Notes: generated by a model from the sequence alone, not told the origin. 64,000 nt of DNA from Gammaproteobacteria bacterium (GCA_965277715.1 OZ255836.1:448001-512000); one strand, 5' to 3'. Positions 1 through 10,862 are shown, counted from the first letter of the stretch. Numbers and translations: made by a program.

Positions 1-1
1 T

Positions 2-325
2 ACAGCAGCCTATAAGCTAAAGATGATCAATCAAGCTGATGCTTGCCAGCATGGACAGCTTGGCGCTTTGCTACGCCGTGAGAAGCTTTACTCCAATCAA
101 TTGTCTCAGTGGCGAAGAGAACTGGCCGAAGGCGGTTTGTCAGGGCTATCAAAAAGCGCGCCCGGCCCTGCACCGCAAATGACGTCTGAGCAGCGCCGGA
201 TAGCGCAGCTTGAAAAACAAGTAAACCGTCTGGAAAAACAAATCGCCCTTAAGGATGACTGTCTGGAACTCCAAAAAAAAGCCTTGGCGATGCTCGACCG
301 ATTGAACAGCGGGATCGAGCAGTGA
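2..325 (+). CDS. IS3-family transposase OrfA (5'-truncated by window)
   Basis: HTH-like LLRREKLYSNQLSQWR followed by a leucine zipper. An A8G slippery run at 273-281 leads into an open -1 frame continuous with OrfB. Confidence 0.85.
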   Translation, partial: TAAYKLKMINQADACQHGQLGALLRREKLYSNQLSQWRRELAEGGLSGLSKSAPGPAPQMTSEQRRIAQLEKQVNRLEKQIALKDDCLELQKKALAMLDRLNSGIEQ

Positions 326-1401
326 ATACCGCGTTGACTGACCGCCCACCCTCAGTGTCCCAACGTCTGGCTTGTAAGGTATTGGCATTGTCACGGTCAC
401 ACGTCCGGGCCAAGCAAAGCCGCCGCCATTTCTGTGGCCCTCCCAAACCAGCAGGAACCGTGCGAATCACTTGCCATCAGCCACGCCAACTGAGTGAAGA
501 AGAATGCTCTGTGGTATTGAATACGCTCAATAGTGAAGCGTTCTATGATCAACCACCGGCGCAGGTTTACCATACCTTGCTGAGTCGCCGTATTTACCTC
601 TGCTCCATCAGCACCATGCACCGCCTGCTGCGTCAGTCCGATCAGTCGGGGGAACGCCGAAAACAGCGTCCTGGGCAAACCAACGCAGTGCCAAGGCTTT
701 CGGCCAGTCAGCCTAATGAGGTCTGGACATGGGATATTACAAAATTGGCCACCGTTAAGCGCGGCGTTTATTTATCGCTCTATGTGGTGATGGATTTATT
801 CAGTCGCTACATCGTGGCCTGGATGCTTTCCCATAAAGAAAACAGTGCACTGGCACAGCAGCTCATTCAGGAGGCCAGTACACGTTACGCGATTAGACCC
901 GACCAGCTGACGCTGCATCAGGATCGAGGGGCACCGATGACCGCACATTGCTACCTTGACTTACTGGGCGAGTTGGCGGTCACCGCTAGCCACAGCAGAC
1001 CCCGCGTGAGTAATGACAATCCTCATAGTGAAAGCCAATTTCGAACACTGAAGTATCAGCCTGACTACCCGCGTCGCTTTGATAGCTATAGCCATGCCAA
1101 TGGATGGTGCACTGAGTATATTGATTGGTATAACCATCAGCACTGTCACAGTGCGTTGGAGGGCTTCACACCTTGTCAGGTGTTTACTGGGCAGTACATA
1201 CCACTCAGTGAGGTTCGTCAGCAGGCACTCAATGAAAAGTATGTCCAACATGCAGAGCGATTTGTCAATCAGCGGCCTGTTGTCAGGATGCCGCCTGCGA
1301 AGGTCTACATTAATCCCGTGCGCGATGAACTGGGTAATATAGATCACGATGCACCCGTCAACTTCCCAACACTAAATCGGGCTAAATATATGGTAACTTG
1401 A
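322..1401 (+). CDS. IS3-family transposase OrfB (rve/DDE integrase core)
   Basis: WTWDITK, VMDLFSRYIVAW, LHQDRG and NDNPHSESQFRTLK DDE motifs. Confidence 0.92.
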   Translation: MNTALTDRPPSVSQRLACKVLALSRSHVRAKQSRRHFCGPPKPAGTVRITCHQPRQLSEEECSVVLNTLNSEAFYDQPPAQVYHTLLSRRIYLCSISTMHRLLRQSDQSGERRKQRPGQTNAVPRLSASQPNEVWTWDITKLATVKRGVYLSLYVVMDLFSRYIVAWMLSHKENSALAQQLIQEASTRYAIRPDQLTLHQDRGAPMTAHCYLDLLGELAVTASHSRPRVSNDNPHSESQFRTLKYQPDYPRRFDSYSHANGWCTEYIDWYNHQHCHSALEGFTPCQVFTGQYIPLSEVRQQALNEKYVQHAERFVNQRPVVRMPPAKVYINPVRDELGNIDHDAPVNFPTLNRAKYMVT

Positions 1402-1435
1402 GTAACTGTGGCTTGAAACAGGTTGACACCTTCCG

Positions 1436-4400
1436 CAGGAACGCTGTGTTGTCGTACTGGGAGAAGGTAAATCTGGAAAAACCCATGAGTTCAAACAACA
1501 GGTAAAAGAACTGAGTTCCCAAGGCAAGCCTGCCATCTTTCTGCCACTCGAACTGCTCCACGACAATGTAATTGAGGACGTCTTGGGAGCCGAGGATAAC
1601 CGAATATTCCAGAACTGGCTAAACTCGGAATATGGGGATGCCTATTTCTTTTTAGACGCTGTCGATGAATTGAAGCTTCGCAAAGGTTCGTGGCGAGTCA
1701 CGCTAAACAAACTTCAACGCCTCATAGGGCCAAATATTGATCGAGTACGTCTTTTTGTTTCGTGCCGTCCTTTGGACTGGAATGACGAAATCGACATAGA
1801 GGAACTCAAGTCTTGGCTAACCCAAGGTATAGAAGTACAAGAGAGAAAGCACACAAACACTATATCTACATCAGGTGAAGATGTTTTTTTATCGGCGATC
1901 AAGCAAGCAGCCGATTCAAATACCGAGTCGAGCGATACGACGAATAAACCTGCCAAGAGACAAGTGAAAACCCTTGCTTTGTTGCCACTAAGCCAGAGTG
2001 AAATTACCGAGTTTGCAAGCTTATATCGCCCTACGTATGTTGAAAAACTCAAACAGGTGTTCGAAAAAAACGAACTTTGGCATCTTTATCAAGCGCCCGC
2101 CGATATTATGGATGCGCTGGATCTATTACACGCAAACGGGCAACTGGGAAGCCTCGAAGAACAATTGCGATTTGGCATTGAAAGCAAACTTAAAGAAACT
2201 TCAAACAAGAAACGTAACGCGCTTTCAATAGCGAAAGCAAAGGAAGGTGCGGAGCGTATTGCATTGGCGTTATTCCTGATAAAACAGAGGTCAATTCAAC
2301 TTCACGGAAACCAGAACGAGGGGTTTGACGTCGCCAAATTACTCACTGATTGGGCGCAAACAGATATAGAAGAGCTTCTGGGACGACCAATATTCGACCC
2401 AACAGGTGTTGGCTCGGTTCGTTTCCATCATCGCTCTACGCAGGAATTTCTTGCGGCAAGTCGGCTTAAGTTGTTGCTTGAAAATGGTCTATCTCGCGCC
2501 GATTTAAATGGCTTGCTCTTCAACGAGGTAAGTGGCGAGCGTGTGACTATTCCCAGCATGGAACCCATTACAGCGTGGCTTGCTCTATGGGATAGCGATA
2601 TCTTACGGGAAGTCGTAGAGCGAAAGCCCACCTTACTATTTCGCGAAGGTTTGCCTGCATCCATGAATGTTGATCTGCGTGCCAAACTCCTGCGTCGGTA
2701 CGTTGAACTTTACGCCAATAGTGAATGGCGTGGCGTGGGTGTTGGCCACTCAGAATTGAAACGGGTAGCTTCACCAGAGCTGGGTGCAGTGGTGCGCGAA
2801 CTCTGGTCAACCGCCTATACCGGTGAAGATACGCGTGAAATTTTTCTGGAATTGATTTGGCTAACGCCATTACGTGACTGCCTTGATTTGGCTTATCAGG
2901 CTGCCTTTGATAAACAACTGCCACCGCATCATCGCGTCTATGCCTGCTGGTCTATTACACAGTTTGGCAGCAGCGAACAAAAAAAGGCGCTTGGTACTTC
3001 AATATTAAAACAGCATTGGCCTGAACGAGTTGTCTGGGATGTAATGCCTTATCTATTACCAGAGTCGCTTACCGTTGAGCAGTTTGCAAGGCTTTCTCTG
3101 GCTCAACAGGAAACACCGAATACTGTATATGATTTGAGCTACTCACTTTATCAAACCATGAAGTCTGACGATATCTCAGATGCCATAAAAGTTGAATTAC
3201 GTAACCGTTTCACTAATGCGGTTTGGGAAAATCGCAGGCCTGAAAGCAAAATTTATCAGGCCCATTCAAATTTTCACCACCTAAACGATGCAATATTGAC
3301 CTGCTGTAACGCGATCAGACCACACTCAGATAAAGAAATTGCAGTTTGGACATGGTCGCTTTGTGTAGCGTTTCATTTTAGCAAGCGGCACTCAAGCACT
3401 ATTGCTATAGATGACACAAATGCTCTACGTAAGTTGCTGAATACCAATACCGCATTCAAAGAAGCTTTCTATTGGGCTTGCTTTGAATTTGCTGAACAGA
3501 TTGAAGACTCGGGAAATGACTGGGAACGCTTTATTAACACTGACTACGAAACTATTAGGCCTCTCAAGTTAAACGATATACCGTGGTTACTAACCGCACT
3601 TGGCAATGTGAATCAAGAAGAACGGCGTGGCACGGCGTTCTATGCTCTGTCAGGTTTTATTAGAGCTGGTGAAAAACCGGATTTATCTGCTGAAATTAAA
3701 TCGAATATTTCTGATCGCCTCGATTTACTTCAAGAGTTAGAAAAAGCACTGAACCCACCGAAACGCGAACCACAAGACTATGAGGTCGAACGTATTAGAC
3801 GAAAAAAAAAAAACAAAAACGTAAAGAAAAAAAGCGGATCGAACAGTGGCTGGAATGGCGCCGAGAGGTTTTGAATGCGCCAAATTTTCTGTTGGATGAA
3901 AAAGAACGAGAACACACTCTTTACAATTTCCATAAAGTGTTACGAGGACATAGTGACGGGCGCTCCTCTTGGGGAAACTGGGATGCAGGTTTTATTTCAG
4001 ATGCATTTTCCAGTGACTTTTTACTTAGCTTGCGCACCGCACTGCAACTATTTTGGCGAGGCCAGAAGGTTCAGCTTTGGAGTGAGCGTCCACCAGACAA
4101 ACGAAACTCATTTTGCGACTCTTGGTTGTTATCCCTTATCGCTGTAAAAAGTGAAGCCGGGCAAAGGGGCTGGGCAGATAAACTGACTGAAAGCGAAACC
4201 AGATTGGCCGCTAGAATTTCCACACTTGAATTGAACGGTTTTGCAGGTTTTCTCCCTAGCCTTGAGCAGACCCATCCAAGCATAGTCTACGACGTTATGG
4301 GAACAGAGTTGGGAAGCCAGTTGCGCGGCTTTACAAGCAATGAAACGGCGCCATTACTACATGACCTTTTGTATCACGGCAGTATAGGTATACAGCGATC

Positions 4401-5655
4401 CGTCGCCGGCGTTATTACGGATAATTATCATTACTTACCCACAAACCTTTCCGGCAATGTGAAGAACGAGGTGAAATACGCTTTTAAGATAGTAGCCTTA
4501 CACGGCACCTGCGAAGAAAAACATGCAGCATTGCGGTTAATCCAACATCGCCTTGACGCACTAAATTCGCAGGGGAGTGAAATTGAAGCTATTTGGATTA
4601 GCCTAATGGCAAAGCTGGATTTGCGACTTGCCTGCAAGCGCATACTAAGTAAAACAAACAACCTGAATACCGGAGACGAACAGGATTGGGCCATTACTCT
4701 ATTCGCCGAAATTTTTGGTGATCGACATACTGACGCCAGACCTGGTTTTGACCAAATACCCATGTCGGAGCGGGGACAAATATTGAAGGATATGGTTATA
4801 CGCGCCTACGCCACTGTTCGCGTGGAAGACGATATACACCACGATGGGTGCTACACACCTGGGAAACGTGATCATGCTGAAACAGCCCGAAGCTATCTGT
4901 TTAGCTCACTGATTGAAACTAAGTCACCGCATACCCTGTTGACCTTATATGAATTCTCGGAAATGCCTGAATTTGCTCATATGAAGGATCGTCTTAAACA
5001 AATAGCAACAGAAGTGGCTGCTCAAATATGCGAACCAGTCCCCATGCCGCTCGATACATATCGTCGGTTCGATCAACAACAATCATATTCACCGTACGAC
5101 AAACCGTCACTATTTATGGTGATGAATAACCGAATAGCGGACTTCCGTCATCATCTATTAAAAGATGAGTTTTCTACTATTGACACATTAAGGAAGATTG
5201 ATAGTGAAACCGAGCTAAGGCGTTTTATTGCCAATTGGCTCAATCAGAATAGTCACGGTGCTTACACCATCACTCAAGAAGCAGTGAAAGTAAGTGAAAA
5301 CCGGACAGATATTCGTCTTCAACCTTATAGTGGTGATTTCCACGCGACCATAGAGCTAAAACTCGTTGGAAAGAACAAACCATACTGGAGTGGAGTTGAT
5401 CTGAAAAATGCATTGATTGATCAGTTAATAGAAAAATACCTCAGCGATGATCGCTGCACGGTCGGATGCTTGCTGATCTGCATGCGTGAGCCACGGCAGT
5501 GGCAAAACCCCGAAACAAAGAAAAAGATGAATCTAAAGCAGACAGTCGATTGGTTGCAAAGTATTGCAGATAAATTAACGGAAAATACCCCCAATTTGTG
5601 GGTTTCTGTCAAAGGTATCGATTATTCTCGCCAAGAAATTCGCCAATCCCACTAG
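1436..5655 (+). pseudogene. Large STAND/NACHT-type NTPase with C-terminal PD-(D/E)xK-like nuclease domain; N-terminus cut by IS3 and frameshifted at an A12 run (ORF pieces 1583-3874 and 3871-5655)
   Basis: The frame of 1583 is open from 1436 and reads QERCVVVLGEGKSGKT (Walker A). Also present: FFLDAVDE (Walker B), VSCRP (sensor 1), RFHHRSTQEFLAA (NACHT winged-helix motif). After A12 (3802-3813) the -1 frame reads KQKRKEKKRIEQWLEW into the second ORF. The C-terminus has E..LR..IANWL...RTDIR...IELK. Confidence 0.8.
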
Positions 5656-5840
5656 GCTAGGCTATAACGTCTATGCTACCTGTTGATCATATACCCAATT
5701 CAAAACGGGTAGCTCTCACTAAATCAAGCTCGCTACGCTTGCCTGATTTAGTCGTGTGTCAGATTAGATCTAAACTTATACCACTTGGTACGAAAATACT
5801 TGACCACTACACTACCTGGCCACTATACGAATTCTTTTAC

Positions 5841-6737
5841 CTAAATTAAATGGTCACTGCTGAGACTCTCAATCTTCCTCAAACAAAGCCTTTCCACCAT
5901 CCCCTGCAAGCACACCACGCGCTCGGCCAACCACTCAAGCTCTTCCGCCGTAATTTCATAGTGCTCAGAATAACGGGCGTCTACATAGGCTTTTTTCAAC
6001 AACTGAAACCGGCGGCGTTGTATTTTGGTATCTTGCGGAAAAACCCCGGCAATGCCTTCATGTTGCAAAATAGCCAGGGAGTTAAGTTGTTGCAAATTGT
6101 GGGTATTGGGTTTGTAGTTGGTTAATACCAATAGGAAGCAGGAATATAGTCTTTCCGTCGCCTGATGAAGTTCAAAAGCCGCTTTTTTATAACGATTTTT
6201 TCGCAAGTCATCGTGGAAGGTATCGAAGAATTCACCAGCACTCTCAAACCATTGCCTATAATACTTTTCCGCAATAGCCTTATATTGCGTTGGCGATAAA
6301 TTACCCTCTTGCACCAACTCAGTTTTGTCAAATTCATACAGCAAAACGCCCTGCTGTTTAATATCAGAAAAAAAATACTGCCCCTCCATTAAGGCATTAT
6401 TCACTTCCTTCAGGGTATGTACCAGAATATTGATAGGGGGCCGCACACGCAGGGCGACCCGCTCATCAACGGCATTCCAGAGTTTGTAGTCCTCCACCAG
6501 TTCGGCTTTATTAAGAATCACCAGAATATCGTAATCGCTGACATAACCGTGGGCCGGGTCATTCACCCACTTACCCGTGGCAAAACTGCCAAACAGAATA
6601 ATCTTGGCGATACGGCTGTGCTTTTTCTTGCCGTTGGCAAAGCCGGTTACTTGCTCAAATTCGTCACGTATTACTGAAACGATATGGGCAATATCATTTT
6701 GCTTGGAGGTGGGTAAATGATCGAGGGATCGCTGCAT
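5841..6737 (-). CDS. Fused nucleotidyltransferase (MNT)-HEPN domain protein
   Basis: ILFGSFATG...SDYDILVI nucleotidyltransferase motif. The HEPN half has AAFELHQATE, THNL and YVDARY. Confidence 0.9.
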   Translation of the reverse strand: MQRSLDHLPTSKQNDIAHIVSVIRDEFEQVTGFANGKKKHSRIAKIILFGSFATGKWVNDPAHGYVSDYDILVILNKAELVEDYKLWNAVDERVALRVRPPINILVHTLKEVNNALMEGQYFFSDIKQQGVLLYEFDKTELVQEGNLSPTQYKAIAEKYYRQWFESAGEFFDTFHDDLRKNRYKKAAFELHQATERLYSCFLLVLTNYKPNTHNLQQLNSLAILQHEGIAGVFPQDTKIQRRRFQLLKKAYVDARYSEHYEITAEELEWLAERVVCLQGMVERLCLRKIESLSSDHLI

Positions 6738-6839
6738 AAGGGCATTATACCCGCGTAATGTAATGATGGGAAAACGCTTCGTATTACCGTGTCCTATGCG
6801 TGAATTAACGTACTAACGTAAGCGCCCTTAAATCAACCT

Positions 6840-8447
6840 CTATTCCAAGGTAATGTCCAAACCGACATGCCAAGGTAGCAAGGCCTCTATCTTTTCAAGA
6901 GTATCGGCACTACCGATATGATTAAGGACGTGCAGTATGTACGCATAGGGTTCAAGACCATTAGCTTTGGCCGTTTCGATCAATGAGTAACATGTGGCAC
7001 TGGCATGGGCGCCACGGGTTGAATCGGCAAACAACCAGGCTTTTCTACCCACGGCAAAAGGCCTAATGGCATTTTCAGCCAGCACGTTGCTGATGTGTAA
7101 CCGTCCATCATCACAGTAGCCTGTGAGGGTATGCCATTGATTCAGTGCATAGTCCATGGCGTTACGCGTAAGGGACTTTTTAGCCACCTTAGTAATATGC
7201 TTATCCAGCCATTGTTTGAATTCTTCCAACACCGGTTGGCTAAGTTTTTGGCGAAACCTTTGTTTTTCTGCGGGTTCAAGCGCTTGTATCTTTTTCTCAA
7301 TGAGATAGAGCTTGCGGATTTTACCGATGGCGGCATCGGCTTTCGAGGCACGGGGGTTTTTCGTGTTTGCTTTATCGGCAGCTTTAATGGCATCAATGAA
7401 TTTTCGGCGCACATGATCCCAGCAACCGATACGTGTCAGATTTTGCTGCTCGCACACCCCGTTATACCCTGAATAGCCATCGACTTGCAGAGTGCCTTGA
7501 AAACCTTCCAGTAAGCGTTGTGGGACTTCGCCCGAACGAGAGGGGTCGTATTCAAACAACACACTGGGCTGGTCTGGAGGGCCACCGCGCGTTAGCCACA
7601 TCCATTTATCGGATTGGGCGGTTTTGCCATTTTCTTTGAGTACCTGGATACGTGTTTCGTCCATTTGCACATAATCACCGTCATTTTGACTTTCCCGCAG
7701 CAAGGTCATCAGGGGTTTAAAAACCGCTTCCAGGCGAATCATCCAGTTGGCCATGTTGGTGCGGCTCACGGCATGTCCATAACGCTTTAAAATGCTTTCC
7801 TGGCGATACAAGGGCAACCCATCGGCGTATTTGGACACCATGATGTTGGCGAGCAGAGCCGTGCTGGCAAAGCACTTACCCAAAGGGTGTATGGGGCGTT
7901 GCGCGGCGATGATGTGGTCATCACCTGCGTAGCTGAAGACGGCCTTTTCTTGCCAGTACTCTAAAACGTTGAGTTGTGCGGGAATGTATTGGAGTTCTTC
8001 TTTGACTTTCACAAAGAAAGTACGTGTAGCGCCTGATTTTTCCTCATCGCTTAAGGCTAGCTCAACGCGCACACGGGGTAAGTGGTTGGAGAAGCCGCGT
8101 TGACGTTTTTTCTTGTTCGTGACCGTAGGCTGAGGTAGCAACTCATCCGGTAGCTGGCTATCAATGTCGACAATGGCTTGTTCGAGTTCCGCTTCATCAA
8201 ACAAGTCAATCTGGAAGGCAAGCTTTTCGCTGTTAGCGCCGAACCTCTGAACCTTGGAAAGACGCAACCGTTCTTCCAGCAAACGAATGTAGTGATCGCG
8301 GTTTTTAATGGTGTTTTTGTGACGTTGAATAATTTGGTTATGGTGCGCTAATTCGGCTTCTTTTTCTGCCAGCACGGTCACTAATTCAGCCGCCGTTAAG
8401 CCGGTGTAATTGCGTTGTTTTTGTTGAATTTCCGATGCCAAAACCAT
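6840..8447 (-). CDS. tnpC: IS66 transposase TnpC
   Basis: KYADGLPLYRQ, MDETRIQVL, DGYSGY, CWDHVRRKF, SNVLAENAIRPFAVGRKAWLF, LLPW. Confidence 0.95.
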   Translation of the reverse strand: MVLASEIQQKQRNYTGLTAAELVTVLAEKEAELAHHNQIIQRHKNTIKNRDHYIRLLEERLRLSKVQRFGANSEKLAFQIDLFDEAELEQAIVDIDSQLPDELLPQPTVTNKKKRQRGFSNHLPRVRVELALSDEEKSGATRTFFVKVKEELQYIPAQLNVLEYWQEKAVFSYAGDDHIIAAQRPIHPLGKCFASTALLANIMVSKYADGLPLYRQESILKRYGHAVSRTNMANWMIRLEAVFKPLMTLLRESQNDGDYVQMDETRIQVLKENGKTAQSDKWMWLTRGGPPDQPSVLFEYDPSRSGEVPQRLLEGFQGTLQVDGYSGYNGVCEQQNLTRIGCWDHVRRKFIDAIKAADKANTKNPRASKADAAIGKIRKLYLIEKKIQALEPAEKQRFRQKLSQPVLEEFKQWLDKHITKVAKKSLTRNAMDYALNQWHTLTGYCDDGRLHISNVLAENAIRPFAVGRKAWLFADSTRGAHASATCYSLIETAKANGLEPYAYILHVLNHIGSADTLEKIEALLPWHVGLDITLE

Positions 8448-8514
8448 CGCGTAATAATACCAAATAGCCGTCTAAAAATCACTAAAATCAAACACTTTTT
8501 CACCCTTTAGCGAG

Positions 8515-8883
8515 CTAAAAAACAGACTCGTAATGCAATACTTTGTGGCCTCTCATTGCGGCTAAATCATAGCCATCAAGCAACCCGTTTATTTGCGTTC
8601 CGGTAAGTGATATGACTTCCTCATCGAGGTCAGGCCACTTAAACTGCTCTTCGGCCAAGGCTTTGTAATACAGTACAAAACCGTTGTCCTCCCACATCAG
8701 ACACTTGATTTTGTTGCGGTGGCGATTGGTGAACACGTATAAGCCACCCTCAAACAGGTTGTGACCCAGCTCTCGCTCAACAATGGCCGCAAGGCCATTG
8801 CTTTGCTTACGAAAGTCCACCGCCTCTCGGTATAAAAACACCTTTGGAATATCGAGCGATGGCCGTAAATAACGGGCCGTCAT
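8515..8883 (-). CDS. tnpB: IS66 accessory protein TnpB
   Basis: VDFRKQSNGL...FTNRHRNKIKCLMWEDNGFVLYYK. Confidence 0.93.
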   Translation of the reverse strand: MTARYLRPSLDIPKVFLYREAVDFRKQSNGLAAIVERELGHNLFEGGLYVFTNRHRNKIKCLMWEDNGFVLYYKALAEEQFKWPDLDEEVISLTGTQINGLLDGYDLAAMRGHKVLHYESVF

Positions 8884-9197
8884 AACTGCGCCAGTAACGC
8901 GCTAACTAACGTCACGTTAGCGGCGGTAATGCCAGAAATGGCACAGCCATTGGCCAGCGTAAAACACAAACCTGAATCAGCCCTTTGCCTATCAGCCACC
9001 ATCACTTGGGTAAAGCCTGCTACAGGCATGTTACTCTGCACTGCTTGAATAGTTTTACGCGAACATTTACGGCTCCAATAGTAAAACTGCTTCAAGTGGA
9101 TGCCGTTATCCTGGCAAAACTGCGCACCACTCAAACCGGATGCTTGCCATTGTTCAATTTGATTGCGCCAGTACGACGCGCGTTCTTTATTACTCAT
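8880..9197 (-). CDS. tnpA: IS66 accessory protein TnpA
   Basis: WQASGLSGAQFC...FYYW helix-turn-helix; first gene of the IS66. Confidence 0.9.
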   Translation of the reverse strand: MSNKERASYWRNQIEQWQASGLSGAQFCQDNGIHLKQFYYWSRKCSRKTIQAVQSNMPVAGFTQVMVADRQRADSGLCFTLANGCAISGITAANVTLVSALLAQL

Positions 9198-9330
9198 ATT
9201 ACACCTATGCGGGTATTGGGTTGATGTGGTGCAGTGTGAGGACCAACCCGAGTAATTGGTAGACGCCTATTCTTTGGCGCTTACGTACTAACGACCATCA
9301 ATTAGCACTTGCCTCCTCTATATCTCCTGT

Positions 9331-9630
9331 TTATGACGCTAAGGGCGCAGAATTTTGCCCAATACCATTACGGTTTTCCCCAGGGGAACGGTATTTTTTA
9401 TTCAACACCTTTTCCACGTCTTGTATGGCATGGGCAAGCAGCGTGACAATATAGCCACCCCCCGCCTCAGCACCATCAAAATCACTTAACTGTGGATTGG
9501 TATCCAGTGACTTACCGATAAAGTGCAATGAGCTGGCGATAAACGACAAGGTGTCGATGGGGTTGTCTTCTACTACGACTAAAATAGAGCGTTGTATTTC
9601 ACGCGTGGTGGGCGGGAGAGTATTGGGCAT
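9331..9630 (-). CDS. Small phage/satellite-type hypothetical protein downstream of the C4-like RNA
   Basis: GAGGA RBS before the ATG at 9630; 99 aa. The longer upstream in-frame extension runs through the RNA structure (ash-like arrangement). Confidence 0.55.
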   Translation of the reverse strand: MPNTLPPTTREIQRSILVVVEDNPIDTLSFIASSLHFIGKSLDTNPQLSDFDGAEAGGGYIVTLLAHAIQDVEKVLNKKYRSPGENRNGIGQNSAPLAS

Positions 9631-9685
9631 AATGGTTTCCTCTTCGGTATGTTTAACCACCAAAGAGGTCTCAATCTCCAATTGG

Positions 9686-9757
9686 TGGCAAGCCAACAGG
9701 GTTGAGACTACCGGCCCAAAGAACGGCCCACCTAAAGGCGGCCCCGTTGACCTGCCA
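9686..9757 (-). ncRNA. C4-like (P1 C4 / P4 CI type) antisense RNA
   Basis: 16-bp closing stem TGGCAGGTCAACGGGG/CCCTGTTGGCTTGCCA, whose G-U pairs form only on the minus strand. Inner hairpin GCCGCC-TTTA-GGTGGGC. Unpaired GTCTCAA is complementary to TTGAGAC sites upstream (~9814-9820) and downstream (~9668-9674). Confidence 0.75.
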
Positions 9758-10294
9758 TAACAATAAACTCGACTAAAAGGCATCTATCCGCCTTTTAATC
9801 GCTTCGAGCCAGGGTCTCAATCCTGACACCGGATTTTGCCGATGCCAACACAGAATAACGTGGTGGGTATTATTGTCAATCGACAAATGACGCGATGAGA
9901 ACGAGGCAAAATAAAACACTACCCAACATGTCCATCGAGGAAAGAGAGCGCTGGCAGTTTTTCAAAGTAATGCTAAAACCACGCAAAAATACCTGGACAG
10001 GCAAATCGATTGGGTATTTTACAGCCAATACTGAAGTTGCGATGTTGAATTCCACGTTGCGCAATGCTGGAACCACCAGTGGAATAGCACGATAATTCTG
10101 AGCAATTAGCGAATTGGCGGCTTTTGCATTCCATAGAATAACTCCCTATTGACTCTATCAATATCTGGATACCAAAGAGAGTCCCTAAAGCTTTCATTAA
10201 TTTTCGCTCGAAGAGAGTTACCGTGCTCGCGAGTAGCACGAATTTTACTTCGGCTTACTTCATTAGGATTTACTGAGCCAGAAAGGACTTCGCT

Positions 10295-10736
10295 ATGAGC
10301 AAATCGCCATTTCTCACGTCTATATCTGAATTTATGCAGGTGCGTCATACAGCAAGCGCACTATAAGCACTTACATTTTCTGGATTAAGGCGTTCATCAT
10401 TTTCAATGATAAAAAACACCCTAAAAACTTGGGTGACGCGGAAGTCGAATCATTTTTAACTTACCTGGCCGTCAAGCGAAAGGTTGCGGCTAGCACTCAA
10501 TCGCTGGCATTGAATGCGATTGCCTTCCTTTATAATAAATTCCTTGATTCACCTATCGGTGATTTGAGCAATATCACCGGTCTTACAGACAGCGCAAACT
10601 ACCTACCATCCTTACAGCCAGCGAAATCAAGCTGCTGTTTTCCCACCTCGAAACAAAGCATCGGTTGATGGCTTGCGTTATGTACGGATCCGGTTTACGC
10701 CGTATTGAGCTGGTAGAAATGGACTTTAAGGGATAA
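10295..10736 (+). pseudogene. intI: Integron integrase (IntI) N-terminal half, frameshifted and truncated
   Basis: Joined frames read MSKSPFL...SKRTISTYIFWIKAFI...KHPKNLGDAEVESFLTYLAVKRKVAASTQSLALNAIAFLY...RKLPTILT...MYGSGLR, then stop. Confidence 0.85.
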
Positions 10737-10773
10737 TGCTTCCGTGTAAGCACATGAAAAACATGAGAAAAGT

Positions 10774-10850
10774 TGGTAGGCGCGGAGGAACTCGAATCCC
10801 CGACCCCCACCATGTCAAGGTGGTGCTCTAACCAACTGAGCTACGCGCCT
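10774..10850 (-). tRNA. tRNA-Val(GAC)
   Basis: AGGCGCGTAGCTCAGTTGGTTAGAGCACCACCTTGACATGGTGG...TTCGAG...CGCGCCTACCA, a 77-nt cloverleaf. Confidence 0.96.
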
Positions 10851-10862
10851 GCCGAGGGGGCG

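Larger units (their letters stand above)
1..1435 (+). mobile_element. IS3-family insertion sequence (left end outside window)
   Basis: orfA/orfB in -1 frame arrangement. The right end is placed at ...GTTGACACCTTCCG (1435) because an unrelated NTPase reading frame resumes immediately at 1436. Confidence 0.85.
6818..9284 (-). mobile_element. Complete IS66-family element with 8-bp target-site duplication
   Basis: Terminal IRs GTAAGCGCC (6818) and GGCGCTTAC (9284). TSD GTACTAAC at 6810-6817 and 9285-9292. Contains tnpA-tnpB-tnpC. Confidence 0.95.

Noticed and set aside
5718-5752. Hairpin ACTAAATCA...TGATTTAGT with CGCTACGCT centre as an integron attC site
   Set aside because: No properly spaced RYYYAAC/GTTRRRY boxes flank it. 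It may be a terminator or REP-like remnant.
9895-10095. 66-aa ORF as the first integron cassette
   Set aside because: No recognisable motif, attI or attC, and the orientation is wrong for a typical cassette.
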